Assembly: GCF_006345805.1 (NCBI RefSeq)
Contig: NW_021833585.1
Coordinates: forward strand, 1 to 57,940
Direction: 5' to 3'
Origin: Octopus sinensis
Lineage: Eukaryota
Length of the DNA stretch: 57,940 nucleotides
The position numbers and the translations under genes were made by a program. Below are positions 37,439-50,550 of the stretch, in pieces (within the stretch, counting starts at the first letter, position 1; every line of letters begins with the position of its first letter). Below the pieces are notes generated by a model. It saw only the letters and a list, made by a program, of their open reading frames with translations. It was not told the origin of the DNA and searched no databases.

Positions 37439-37829
37439 TATTTTATATATTCATATACGTGCATGTAGGTTTGTGCACTTATATTAGGAAAACATTTGTG
37501 AGGATTTGAGTTGGTGATAGGCAAACTTTTAGAACAATTTCTACTGTACTTGCTTATTGAACTGCTGTAATAATGTTTCTAAGTATAAAATGGGGGTTAG
37601 CTTATGGTGTACGAGGAAGGAGCGATGGTGGTGAGGGATATCTCAATATTTTTGCTAAGAGTTCTGTTAAAGGTTCATCAATAAATGTAAGTAGGTTGTA
37701 TGTTTTAGTTGATCGGATTAATGTAAAATTGTTTTTATTACATCTGAAAATAAGAACAATCATTAATATTGAGTCGAATGGATTTTTTAACAATATTATG
37801 GTAATTTATTTGCTTTAATTGTAAAGTTG

Positions 37830-38505
37830 CTACAAGAGCATCCTAGCTTTCAAAGATGAGGCCATCGTTTTCACTACCTGAAACTAGCTTTTGATCAGTT
37901 CCTTCATCCCTCGCTGATAACAGTTCTTGTCTTCCAAGGCAATGAACTCCTTTATTGAGGCTTCCATTTCTTGGTGAGAAAGTGCTCGCAACCGCAAGGA
38001 GTGAGTCATGGATCGGAACACGTAATAATCCGAGGGAGCTAGGTCCACACTATATGCTGGTAGTAGCATCAGTTCGATTCTTTCAAGATCCTGGGGTTTG
38101 TTCCGGGTCGTTCGAGTAGTATGAGACCTTGTGTAGTCTTGCTGCAGAAGAGCTGGCTTCCTGTTAACCAATACCGTGTAGTTTTGCCGCAGAATGACAT
38201 ACATCCCTGAGATGCCGAGCTAGCGTGATACTCTTCCATAGCCACTCGCCGGATTTGTCTCTATGCCTTGGAGCACGGCCGCATAATCCACGGTTTTAGG
38301 CCTGCCTGCATTTCTTCAACCATCTGGTTCTTGTATGGTGATTCTTTACACATGTAGGTTTCGGAGAGCAAATGTTTCTCATTGCTTCTGCAGTGTTATG
38401 ACTCATTTCGAGCTCGTAAAGTCCCCAATTAGACTACGTTGTACGTTCACATGTGCGGCTTTCGAATCATATGCGCGGTGAAGCAATGCACAACGTGTCA
38501 GCGAA
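37830..38505 (-). mobile_element. Internally deleted mariner
   Basis: N-terminal HNTAEAMRNIC...TRWLKK joined to C-terminal LLQQDYTRSH...PAYSVDLAPSDYYVFRSMTHSL; the central WVPH/TGDE region is absent. Confidence 0.85.
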
Positions 38506-39125
38506 CCACTATATATATATATATATGCTTGTATCCCACCATAAATACTATGGACACTTATTTTATGGAATCTTTATCCATGAAAAGGAAAGTTAAATGC
38601 AGTCGGATGTGCTCTAAAATCGTAAACACCCGTTTATACAGCTCTATTAAAATTCCACGTGGACAATGCACTAACAAGAATATAATAATTGTTTATTTAT
38701 TTCAAGAAAGAGCTAGCACCTTTCGTGAAAGGCATAAACCGACCTCGTCTATTCCAGGACGTGGCTGGCACCCCACTAATATCGTCCCCGAAATGGCGTG
38801 ACGTATAAACTAAAATAACCTCATCAGAATTTAAATTCAGTGGCCAAAATGAAAATTGTGAAACATTTTGTCAGATATTTAAACGATTCTATTCGTCCAT
38901 CGCTTTCAGTTAGGAAGTAATGCGAGCAGTAATTCCTCAGACATGCATGTGTCACAGATTTACAATAAATGTGTACTCGATTAATTCGTTCTTGATACTT
39001 CATTTTATCGAATTCGAATACGGATCTTAAAACCGATCTCAACTAGATCTGAACGTAGAACATTGATTTAGCTAAATAATTACATAAACCCAAACGACCA
39101 ATTCATATTTAAAAATAGAAATGTC

Positions 39126-39161
<36 letters not shown>

Positions 39162-39481
39162 CAGCTAATAGGTATGAGTGTCCAATATGTATATATGCAT
39201 ATGTATGTGTGTGTATATATATATACGTATATATATATATATATAATAGGGGATATTCATTGTGTAACTTTCGCCTTGGCGGTCGTGGACGAACGGTTCA
39301 ATAGGGTATGCCAGAAAACTTTCCTCTTTGAGAATTGCCAATTCACCCCATTCCTCATCGCTACCACTTCAGCTATCCACTACGGTAACTTTTATTTTAA
39401 AGACTATTGAATACTATATATTCGTATACATACACACGCCATTCACACACACACGTACTTATAGATATATATGTGCGTATA

Positions 39482-39520
<39 letters not shown>

Positions 39521-39814
39521 TGTCTCTGTACATTTATATAATTCATCAACGTGCTGTGTTTTGGCAATAGACACTTTATGACTGTTCTTTGTGTCTTAGA
39601 AAGTTTTAGATAAAAGGAATTTCTTGAAAGTTTTTGGAAGTATATAGATGGATCATTAATAAAACATAAGTTCTCCGAATAAGCATCCATACCTTAATAC
39701 GTTAGGATTTCTGTTACCTATGCCTGTATGTATAGGTATATACCTAAATACGTCTTTACACGCACATGATATAAATAGCAACATCTATATACACATGCAT
39801 ATATTATATACATG

Positions 39815-39929
<115 letters not shown>

Positions 39930-40726
39930 TGTGTGTGTGTATAGATTTTAACTGTTGCACTCGAAGTGGATAAAGCTATAAATAACAGTGTGTAATAATG
40001 GGCTAAAATCACTTACGAAAACTTCGAAGGTTTAGTATGTGAAGCGAATCAGCATCTTCAATAAACATGACAGTCATTCTCTGGTTGTGCCTACGTAATT
40101 CTTCGAATTTCTCGAAACTTTTAGAAGCATTGTTCTGACCAGCGTAAACTGTATCTACGCCTGCTATATGATGATAAGCTGTATCGGTCTTTGCCGTCAG
40201 TTTAGATAATATGGTGCAAAGAAGAGTGATTTACTCTTCAACAACTGCTGATCTTGACTTAACTCACAGAGTATATATATATATATATATATATATAGAT
40301 ATATATATATATATATAATATATATATATATATATAATATATATATATATATGTGTGTGTGTGCGTTTGTGTATACATAAATGTATATATTTGTATATGT
40401 ATATATAGTAATGTATCTATGTTTTTATGTATGTATAACATAACAATTGCTAATAGTTGGTGCTTGTGAGTGGCAATAACTGTCGATGAAATTACGAATC
40501 ATTTTCTCACCAGTTTTTCAATATTAACACTTGTGACTATCAAGCAAGCATTTCGATAGGGGTTCTATACGGAATCGACATGTGGACAAAGTTTCCAACG
40601 GATATCACTTGACAAGGCGCAAATTGGATTCCAACTCACTAGAACTTGCACGAAATCTTAATTTGCATTATTATTAGTCGGAACGCACATACAAACACAC
40701 ATATCTATGCCTTTGCGTGAAATCAT

Positions 40727-40771
<45 letters not shown>

Positions 40772-41060
40772 TATATATACATACATATATATGTATATAA
40801 TATAAATAGCGTATAAATATATGCATATATACATACATATATGTACATACCAACATTTATGTATATATACATGCATATATGGGTACAGAACATCAAAAGA
40901 CGTTAAACACAATGAAAAACGAAACCATAATAACAACAACATAGAAAACGAACTGTTTTCGAACAACGAAAGAAACAAACAGAGAAACATGAAATGCAAC
41001 ATAAAGAATATTCCCCTTCATCAGTTGTCCCTATGTCATCTACTCCGCGTTTCGAAGAGA

Positions 41061-41875
41061 GTGAAGCCGCTTAGCAAAAGTTGACTTTGAATTCTGCTGT
41101 GCATGAGCACTATGCTTTAACGTTTTGACTTACTTCAGCTGTTTAAAGCAGTGCTTGGAAGGAAAAAGTGTAGTGTGTGATTGATCGCCGAATTGTCCAT
41201 GACAGAGAAAATTGTCAATGCGATACCTGTTCAGAAGCCTACACAAAGGTGCAGAAAGCGTATGCATAGGAGTGTATGAGCCGCACACAAATATACGAGT
41301 GTGTCTGACTTTTCCGAAAAAAATATTGATGTGACGAACGTTCTGGCAGACTCGCAACCAGAAGAACTGAGAAAACATCGTACCTGTGCATGCAGTTGGG
41401 AGGGAAAATCCTCGAATCACCATCCAAGACTTATCAAAGGATGTGCAATTCAGTCCATTCTCACGGAAGTTTTGGGTATGAGATGCGTGTGTGCCAAGTT
41501 TGTGCCAAAACGGCTTTCAGCTGACGAAGAGGCCACATCGGTTTCAATTGCATAACATCCCCTTGATTGTGTCGAGAACGATGAAAACATTTTCAAAACA
41601 TTGCGTAGGCCTCTGAGCAGGTATTGCCAAGCTTTTAGCAAAATTTGATGCAGATTCTCTGCTCAGCTTGCACATCCATGTTCAATGCGACGATCACACG
41701 CTACACACATTACTTGCAAGCATTGCTGTAAACAGCGGAAGTGAGCTAGAACGTTAAAACTTTGTGTGTGTGCACAACAGCGTTTAACATCAATCTGTGC
41801 CAAGCGGCTTTACTATGCGTACTTTAGTTTCGTTACTATGGCATCAGTCCGGAAACTATTTGATCAGTCTACGTA
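41061..41875. mobile_element. Two mariner 5' fragments arranged head-to-head
   Basis: The plus arm reads DTCSEAYTKVQKAY...SILTEVLGMRCVCAKFVPKRL; the minus arm reads MDVQAEQRICIKFC*KLGNTCSEAYAM, with a TIR-like end near 41875. 41061-41200 aligns with the reverse complement of 41670-41813. Confidence 0.8.
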
Positions 41876-42499
41876 TATATATATATATATATATACAGAG
41901 AGAGAGAGAGAGAGAGAGGAACATATAAGTGCAACAGAAGGTGGGAAAACTATTACTCGAATGTCAAAGGTAAAATATTGCGCTTTATTCTGTCTAAAAA
42001 ATCTATAGCATGTGTATTGGAACAATACAATGCATAAATGTAGAATTTAACTATTTATAAACCATTGTGTTGTTTGAAAAGTTCATTTCTGCCTGATAAC
42101 CTCTTACATGCAACATGGTAATAATTGGTGAAGTGTTTCAGCTCCAAGGAAACACAATAAACGCACAAATACACGCACAAGTAAACACACACATACAAGT
42201 ACATACATAAATACATACATACATAGAGATAAACATACATATGTTTGTGTATGTATCTATACATACATAAACATATGTATGTATATGGAAGCACACATAT
42301 ATGTATGTACCTATCTATCTCTCTCTCTCTCTCTCTCTCTCTTACTCTCTCTGCCTCTCTTTCTCTCTTTCAATATGTCTCTCTATATGTTTTTTTCCCC
42401 ATAACTAATGTAAAATTCCGGCTGTCCTTACGATTTAGTCTTAAAATATTCGCACTGTTTTGCCCCTGGGGCAAATAATAATAAGGATAACAACAACGA

Positions 42500-42545
42500 A
42501 AGCAAGAACAACATCATTGACAGCAACAACAACAACAACAACAAC

Positions 42546-42580
<35 letters not shown>

Positions 42581-42602
42581 TAATAATAATTATTATTATT
42601 AT

Positions 42603-42648
<46 letters not shown>

Positions 42649-42905
42649 TGTTTTATTATAAAAACAAGGCTTGGAATTTTAGGGTTTAGTATTTGACTGG
42701 TGCTTTCTTCATAGTAGCAGGAGGAGGAATAAATAATCTCTATGGGTGCCGAGAAATGTGTGGTTCTAAAGTTTGATGGTTTAAGCAACAGCACAGCAAA
42801 GGAGGGGGAGGAGGAGGAGAAGAAGAAGAAGAAGAAGAAGAAGAAAAAGAAGAAGAAGAAGAAGAAGAAGAAGAAGAAGAAGAAGAAGAAGAAGAAGAAG
42901 AAGAA
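42500..42905. repeat. (AAC)n(TAA)n array and (GGA)n(GAA)n array
   Basis: Visible at about 42520-42647 and 42800-42905. Confidence 0.95.
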
Positions 42906-43159
42906 ATACAGATTTCCATAATCTAACCGCACACAGAGAAGGACGGGAAGACGTGTCGCATTGTGTTAAACTTTTTAACATCGGTGGTAAAGCCCTACGA
43001 TATTTTTCCTGGGTCACTCTGTTTTGAGTTCGCCGACGGCGACGTTTGCACCTAGCTTCTTTTCCCCAATATAAACAATCGTTGTGGAGGATAGGGAACT
43101 TCTACTGCATGGGCAACAACGGGATTCCATAAAAAGCGCCCTTAGGCTAAACATCATAT

Positions 43160-43175
43160 ATGTGTGAGCATGTTG

Positions 43176-43219
<44 letters not shown>

Positions 43220-43372
43220 ATGCGTATTTATTTGTGTTCCGTTTTCAACGAAATGTTTTACATAAATCTTTTTAAAATTCAAAAAGATTATCCTTGAAAT
43301 ACATGTGTGTGTTTGTGTGTGTGTGTGCGTGTGTGCGTGCATAAGTATATATATCCCCATATCTACATCTCG

Positions 43373-43416
<44 letters not shown>

Positions 43417-43470
43417 TTATTTATTTATCTATCTATCCATCTCTCACTCTCTCTCTCTCTGTATATATAT

Positions 43471-43515
<45 letters not shown>

Positions 43516-44200
43516 CATATTATATCTATCTTTATATCTATATATATATATATTATATATATATATATATATATAGAATATATATACATATATATATCTA
43601 TCTTATATCTATTATATATAATATATATATATATATATAAACACATATATATATATATCTTTATATCTATATAAATATATATATAGTGTGTGTGTGTGTG
43701 TGGTTGTATGTATGTATGTATGTATGTATGTATGTATATGTATATATCCCAAGTAATACTGATAATCTATGAGCAAGATGTATCTTTTGTGTAACGGGAG
43801 ATCTGTTTCTAACCAGTTTCACCATGCTGACATATACGTCGTTAAGTATGAATTTCGGAAGAAATTTTTACAGGTAATCGGTGTATGAAGAAGATATTCT
43901 CCAGCAGAAATCGCTTGACAATACTGAAATTGCTTTTCAGTGTCACGAAATGTTGAATGTCAGTCATTTTATTTATTGTTATTATAGTCGCATATATACA
44001 ACATATATCCGTACATGAATACACACACACACACACACACACACATGGATATATGTGTGCGTGTCCGCGTGTCCGCGTGTCTGCGTGTGTGTGTGTGTGT
44101 CTTTGTGTATGTACAAGCAGACATATAACACATACATATATACATGTGTGTGTGTGTGTGCGAGCGCGCGTGTGTTTGTATACATACGAACGTACAAATA
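43160..44200. repeat. Compound (TA)n/(TG)n/(TCTA)n microsatellite field
   Basis: Visible tandem repeats with short unique spacers. Confidence 0.9.
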
Positions 44201-44682
44201 GTACACTCATAGTTTTCATTCAACGCATTCTGATGAACGCCAGGATTGGATTTTCCCGTAAGTCATACTTGGAAAACCGATTGGTAAATTTGGCTAAAAT
44301 CCATATATGATGCTGCATTGTGTAAATATGAATATACCTGTTCAATTGACAAATATACGAGCGCCTGTTTTTCTCACTTGATCGGCTTAAACTACACACA
44401 TATTCACGTAAACATAAATACACCTATGCGTGTGTGTGTCTGTATGTGTGTGTGTGTGTCTGAGTGCGTCTGTGTGTTTGTGTAGATACATACAGACATA
44501 TACATACATATATATAACATGAGTTTATATATATAACATATAGATAGAGAGAGAGAGAGAGAGAGACAGAGACAGAGAGATAGATATGTTTCTTTATTAG
44601 CCACACAGGCTGCACACAGATAGAACAAATACAAGGTAGAGCTTTTCTTTTGAAGGTTAAAAAAAAAAAAAATAATAATAAT

Positions 44683-44716
<34 letters not shown>

Positions 44717-44995
44717 AAGGGGGGTCGATCAAAAGGGATCGTAAAAGGAGAGAAGGAGGACAAAAAAAGGGGGGGTTAAAAAAAAAAGGGGGAGAGGAAA
44801 AAAAATTGATCAATAGGGATCGTTATCACAGAAATGTCAATATGAAGTGTAAAGGGGAGGACAGGTGAGGTTTACCCGTGGAAAGAAAAGCCTACGGAAA
44901 AGACCACGGTAACCTCGGTCAATGAAGTCACATGTTATATTTCTTTTTTTTTTTTTTTTTGCAAATAAGCAACTCTCTGTATTAATTTTTACGGT

Positions 44996-47900
44996 TCATA
45001 GAATCATAGTCAAGGTGGCTTCGTCATTCATACGTGCCATCCTGGCTACATTCACCCATCTTTTTTTAAAACATTCACTAGACAAAACTTGCCTCTCTAC
45101 TCTCACTTTTTTCTTCAAGTGATACTTGAAGAAGTTGATGAGAGATTGACCAGAGAGGAAAGTGTTTGTCTCTAATCCTTTCAGACGCGTCCACCAGATA
45201 CATTCTTTCGCCATAGCCACAAGTATGATAAAAATGGCTCTTCCTTCCCGTTTGAAGGAAGGAGGCGTGACGATATTAACGATAGACTCGGCGGATAAAC
45301 CGACTCCTCCCACACGTGACAGCAGTCGTTCGACATAAGCCCACAGGTGGGAAACTGCTGGACACTGCACGATTGCGTGCAGAGCGGTTTCGTCGCTCTG
45401 CCCGCATCTCGGGCAGGTCGGCCCCGTGTTTCTCGAGCCATGCCTATAGAGCTTATCCCGAACGGGTAGCGCTTCTCGGTAGCACCGCCAGGCCAGGAAT
45501 CTCTGGAAGTTGTCCATAGGTCCCGGGCCGAAAGTCGTTTGAAACAGGCGGGTCAGGTATTCCTCGTCGACGCCCAGGTTTGCCCGAGCTCGTCGTCGTA
45601 CCTCCCCTCCACTAATCCCCTATAGAATGCTTTGGTTGGTGTTGAAGTCACTCAAGGTCGACCCGGGACGGCAGAGTTGCTTGAGAGCAACGCGACACTC
45701 GCGGTGCCATTCGCCCTTCCTCGGCCTCTTTTTGATCCACGACTGTAGTTCGGTCATGGAGACGAGTTGCGGGAATGAGTGCCTCACAAACGGCGACCAC
45801 ACCTGTTCACCGTCGTCTCCATAGAGCCGGAGATGTCGCAGTCTCAGCGCATGTCTGCATCATCAACCACGGCATGCCCAGCCCTCCTTTTAACGGGTGT
45901 TGACAGCAAATGGATCGCCTGACCATCGGGACGCATCCTTTCCACAAGAAGCGGAAGAGGATGCGTTCTAGTTTGGTGATGGTAGGGTCGGGACAAGGTA
46001 CGACGGTCAGGCGGTAGTAGATGATGGACGCGATGTACGCGTTCACCAACTCCGCCCGACCTTTTAGGGACAGTTTCCTCTCGGCCCATTGCTGGGCGAG
46101 AGTGACCACCCTACTCGTTATCTCGTTCCAGTTCTTCTCCATTTGGAGGTCCGGACCGAACCAGACCCCGAGCAACTCAACCGGGCCGTCTGCCCAGCGT
46201 CCCACGACGAGGGGTACTGGTGGACGGCATGGGTTCCTTCTCCAGGTGCCGAGCCGCAAGCCACTGACTTTTCCCGGTTGATTTTGCTGCCTGTCACCGC
46301 TTCGTAGTCTTTCAGTGTCTCGCCGACCCGCTCGATGTGCTCGTGGCTTGACACTATGACGGTGACGTCGTCCGCGTATGCAGACACGCTCGTCCCGCAT
46401 CCTAATTCTCGCGGGATGCCCCTCAGAGTCGCCAGCTTCCGCAGTAGTGGCTCAAGAGTCAATACGTATAGAAGCGCCGAGAGGGGGCATCCCTGACGGA
46501 CCGAAGGTGCAATGTCGAAGGGTCTCGATAGATGTCCATTACGCGATTTACCGAACGGATGCCTCTGTACAAGGCAGCTATCCAGCCGCGGAAGACGGGA
46601 CCGAAACCAGCCGCTCTCAGGACTGCCTCCAAGTATCGATGGTCTATCCTATCAAAGGCTTTCGATTGATCGAAGTTGATCAGGGCCCCACCCATGCCAG
46701 GTTCGTTAACTACCCTGTCTATGATGTAGCGCATCAGATGGAGGTTGTCATGGATGCTCCGGCCCGGCACGGCGCACGTTTGTGCGTTGTCGACCAGTTT
46801 CTCCATGACAAGCGCCAACCTCTTGGCTAACACCTTTGTCAAAATTTTCAGGTCTGCATTGAGCAGAGTGATTGGCCTAAAGTTATCTATAATGTTTCCC
46901 TTGTTTGGATCTTTCTTCAGCAGAGTTACAGCTCCTCGACTCACAAAACCGGGTATGCTCCCGTTTTGCTGCCAGTTGCAGTATACCGCTGCCAAGACGT
47001 CTCCAAACAAGTCTGGCATACAATAGTAAAATTCGTAGGGTAGACCATCCAAACCCGGTGATTTGTCCTCGAGCATTCTGCCATCGCTTCCCGCACTTCC
47101 GCCGCCGTGATGGCACCTTCGCAGCACCCTGCCTTCTTGTCGAGAGTCGTGGCAGGCTATGTAGGTAGGCACTGAAGTCTACCCTACGTTCTTGCCCTCC
47201 ACTCGTCCCGAACAGTCGGCCAAAATGCTGCTGAAAGCCTCACACATTTTACTTGGCTCGAGCAATTCGCGCCCCTGTTCATCTACCAGTGACCGAATGG
47301 TGGCTTTGTTGCCCTGTTGCGCCTCTGCCACCCGGGCCTCTCTCGCGGCTCCAACACCTTCGTTCCTTAGAGCACGCATCCTAGCTCTGACAGCACATCC
47401 TTCGTGTTTGGCGTTGAAGTGTTGGTCGAGGGCCAACCTCGCCGCCAAAACGTCGGATGCGATGCCGCTTCTAATTGCCTCTTCTAGCTTCTTAACTAGC
47501 TCACCCTCTACTCTATTTCTATCTATGGCTAGTGCTTTGCTGTACCTAATCGCTTCTGCTTTTACTGCTCTCTTGAGGGCAAACCACCATTTGTTGTTGA
47601 TGATGGCTCCCGTCAAAGCCCTCTTTACTAGTGTGCTAATCCGGTCTCTGAAAACTTGTCTGGACGGGAATGATGCGTTCAGTTTCCAGTACCCAGGACC
47701 CTGTCTATGTGCCTTATCTAAGTCTAGCGTACACGTCACCAATTTGTGATCCGTGTAGCTGACTGTGTGGAATTGTGGACATCCTAAGTTATCCTTGTCT
47801 ACTGTCCTACACAGTATCCTATCTAGATACGATCTCGACGACCCACTGCGGTTGCTCCATGTCCACGTTGGTGCATTTGGGTGGTCGAGTCGGTACCTGT

Positions 47901-48424
47901 CAGACAGTTGGAATCGTCTGAGCAGGTCTCTGAGGCATTTGCATCCCCTTCTGTTTCTGTCTCTACCCACGTAGTCTACATGCGTGTCCAAGGTAGCATT
48001 CCAATCCCCCACTAAGAGTAAAGGACGAGACGTTCCCAAGAATACTTCTAGACGTCGAAAGAAATCCGCCCGACCTGTTAAGGGCGGGAGTAGACTGATA
48101 CGAGTCGAGAAAAGCGCACCCATTGCTGCCGTCAACATCAAGAACGATCAGTCTACCCTCCGGTCTACGAATATCGTCTTGACTTCGAGATCCAGGCTCT
48201 TGTGAAAAAGTACCGCGGTGCCACTACCGCCCATCCTCGGCAGACAGGGAGCGAAATAATGTTAAACTGTCCGCCAAAATGGACTTTAGGGCCCGTGGCT
48301 CGTGGAGTCTGGTCTCACTTATGGCTATGATTCCCAAATCATGTGACTTGATGTCATTTAGGAGGTATCCTTGTTTCCAAGGAGACCCCAAGCCACGCGC
48401 ATTCACACAACCAATCTTGACCAT
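44996..48424 (-). pseudogene. ORF2 of copy 1: endonuclease-reverse transcriptase, split by several frameshifts
   Basis: MVKIGCVNARGL...IIAISETRL; LLVGDWNA; SYLDRI; TDHKLV; KSPGLDGLPYEFY; FRPITLLNADLKIL; DQSKAFDRIDH; VRQGCPLS; AYADDV; CPRCGQSDETALHAIVQC; ends LTMIL* at 44996. Confidence 0.95.
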
Positions 48425-48472
48425 GATTCTATTGGGGTGTGTGCTTAAAACACACAATGAAAGTACAGAGAG

Positions 48473-49955
48473 TTACTTACTTGTGTCGAAAGTTTTGGCT
48501 TCCTCGTTCTTTGATGTGTCTTCGAGGAGGTTTCTATATAGTTTTTGGGACAGATATTTCTGGAAACCCCCTACAGCATTTGGGAAGAGGGCTTTGAGTT
48601 TGTGGTGTTGTGTTTGTGTGATGTGTAGTATTTTGATGTGTTGGGTGGTTGTAGTGCGTGGATGATTGCTATTTTTAAAGTCATCTTCACAAATGTTTGT
48701 GTATCCTGTGATGTACTCCATTAGTTTGGAGTCTTTTGTGTCTATCGCTGATAGCATTGTTTTTGTGGTGTGGTGCTTTTTGTTGTGTATGGATTTCAGG
48801 GTTCAGGTATCTCCCTGCTTTGGTTGCGATTTCTTGTTTGGTTTTTCTTGATCTTTTCTTTTACCCCCTGTGGCTATTTGCCATTCTGTCGAACTTTCAT
48901 CGTTAGATGAAAAGTCTGACGAATCAGCAGGGGGCAAGGGTAAAGCGTCTGGTTGGGTGTTTTGTGCGGTTGTAGATATTGTTGTGGTGCGCGGGGAGGG
49001 TGTTGCTGGGGGTTTGTTGTGGTTATTGTCTCTCCTACATCCTTGGGTTTGTCTTCTTCGTTGTTATTGGTGTTGGAATTGGTTTATTTGTTGTTGGTGG
49101 TGATGATTCTGTTCTGGCGCTGGTGTTGGTGTTGTTTGGTTGGGTTGGCTTGTTCTTTGTTGTTTTTCCTGCATTTCCGCATACAGCTTCTTGACTAGCT
49201 GTCCATATTGTGGTGTGGGCAATAATCCTGGCTTTTGTGATTTTTCCTGTGGCTGTTGTTGTTGTTGTAATTTGGCGGCAGATTTGCACTCCTTTTTGAG
49301 GTGTGCCTCACTGCCACATGTATAGCATCGTGGCCTTCTGCCCTCGACTACTACGTATAACTTGCGGCCATCCTCAAGATGTACGTGGGTGGGGATTTTA
49401 TTTATGTCCTCTTGACTTATGGGAAGAGGAGGAACTTATTCTCTTTCCAGCCAGTCCTGTTTCCGAAAACACATATCTAGGATGTTTATGTCCTCCATTT
49501 CGGATGTTAAGGCGGATGTAATCCACAGTGTTGTAGTCACTTGGGGGACACCACTGATAATGACTTTCGTCACCTTCTGGCCGAGGTAACTCGGTGTCAA
49601 CGTTAGTTCATCAGAATGAAGGGTTATCGTTGAGAATTCTTCGCCAACTCTTCATTCTGAAAAACCACCTGTAGTGTGCGAGCTGTTCGCGCCAAGTCAC
49701 ACAATCCTTGTATCCCCAGATGGGGCGTAAGCACTTTTCGACTTGTCTGTGCTTCCTTTTCTGGTTTTGTTTTTTTATTGTGATTTTATATACAATTGTC
49801 TTTTTTTTCTCCTCATTCAGTATGTGCTGAGGTATGTCAAGAGTATTTTTCCGTTTTGATTTGTAATAAGGTTTCTACAATCTTAATCTGTTGTGTAGTA
49901 AACGAAACTTTTGTTCCTTTCTTTTATCGCCTCGGCGAAAGTTTGTTGTGTTTTA
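48473..49955 (-). pseudogene. ORF1 (gag-like) of copy 1, frameshifted
   Basis: TFAEA...KTIVYKI...VEKCLRPIW...LYVVVEGRRPRCYTCGSEAHLKKEC (C-x2-C-x4-H-x4-C at 49286-49327), a Q/T/N/P-rich linker, WQIATGG, and a C-terminal domain ending KTFDTSK*. Confidence 0.88.
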
Positions 49956-49956
49956 T

Positions 49957-49962
49957 ATAGAT

Positions 49963-49993
<31 letters not shown>

Positions 49994-50090
49994 TAGATAG
50001 ATGAATGATAGATAGATAGATCGATAGATAGATAGATGATAGACAGTAGATACGAGATAGACAGATAGACAGACAGATAGATAGATAGAT

Positions 50091-50139
<49 letters not shown>

Positions 50140-50178
50140 CGGACAGATAGATAGATTGATAAATAAATAAATAGATAG

Positions 50179-50239
<61 letters not shown>

Positions 50240-50247
50240 TATAGATA
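49957..50247 (+). repeat. (GATA)n array between the two Tx1-like copies
   Basis: Visible, with GACA variants. Confidence 0.98.
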
Positions 50248-50550
50248 ACTTTCTTTTATTAGCCACACAGGGCTGAATACAGAGGGGACAAATACAAATG
50301 CAGAGCTTTTCTTTTCGAGGGTGGAAAAAAATAAAAATGTAAGATTGCGATCAAAAGGGATCGAGAGGAGGAAAAAAAAAGGAAAAAAAGGAAAATCGTG
50401 TATCACAGAAATAATGGTGTAAACATTGATATAACAAGATTGGGTTCATCCGTGGGAAGAAAAGCCTACAGAAAAGACCACGGGAACCCCAGTCAGGGAG
50501 GAAATAAACACATGAGGTCAAAAATGCTCTCTTTCTTTCTTTTTTACGAT

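Larger units (their letters stand above)
44588..49955 (-). mobile_element. Tx1-like (L1-clade) non-LTR retrotransposon, copy 1, 5'-truncated within ORF1
   Basis: ORF1 with a CCHC knuckle, ORF2 with APE + RT + C-terminal C-x2-C...H...C motif, and a 3' UTR ending ctgtgtggctAATAAAgaaa. Its 5' end abuts the (TATC)n array. Confidence 0.93.
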
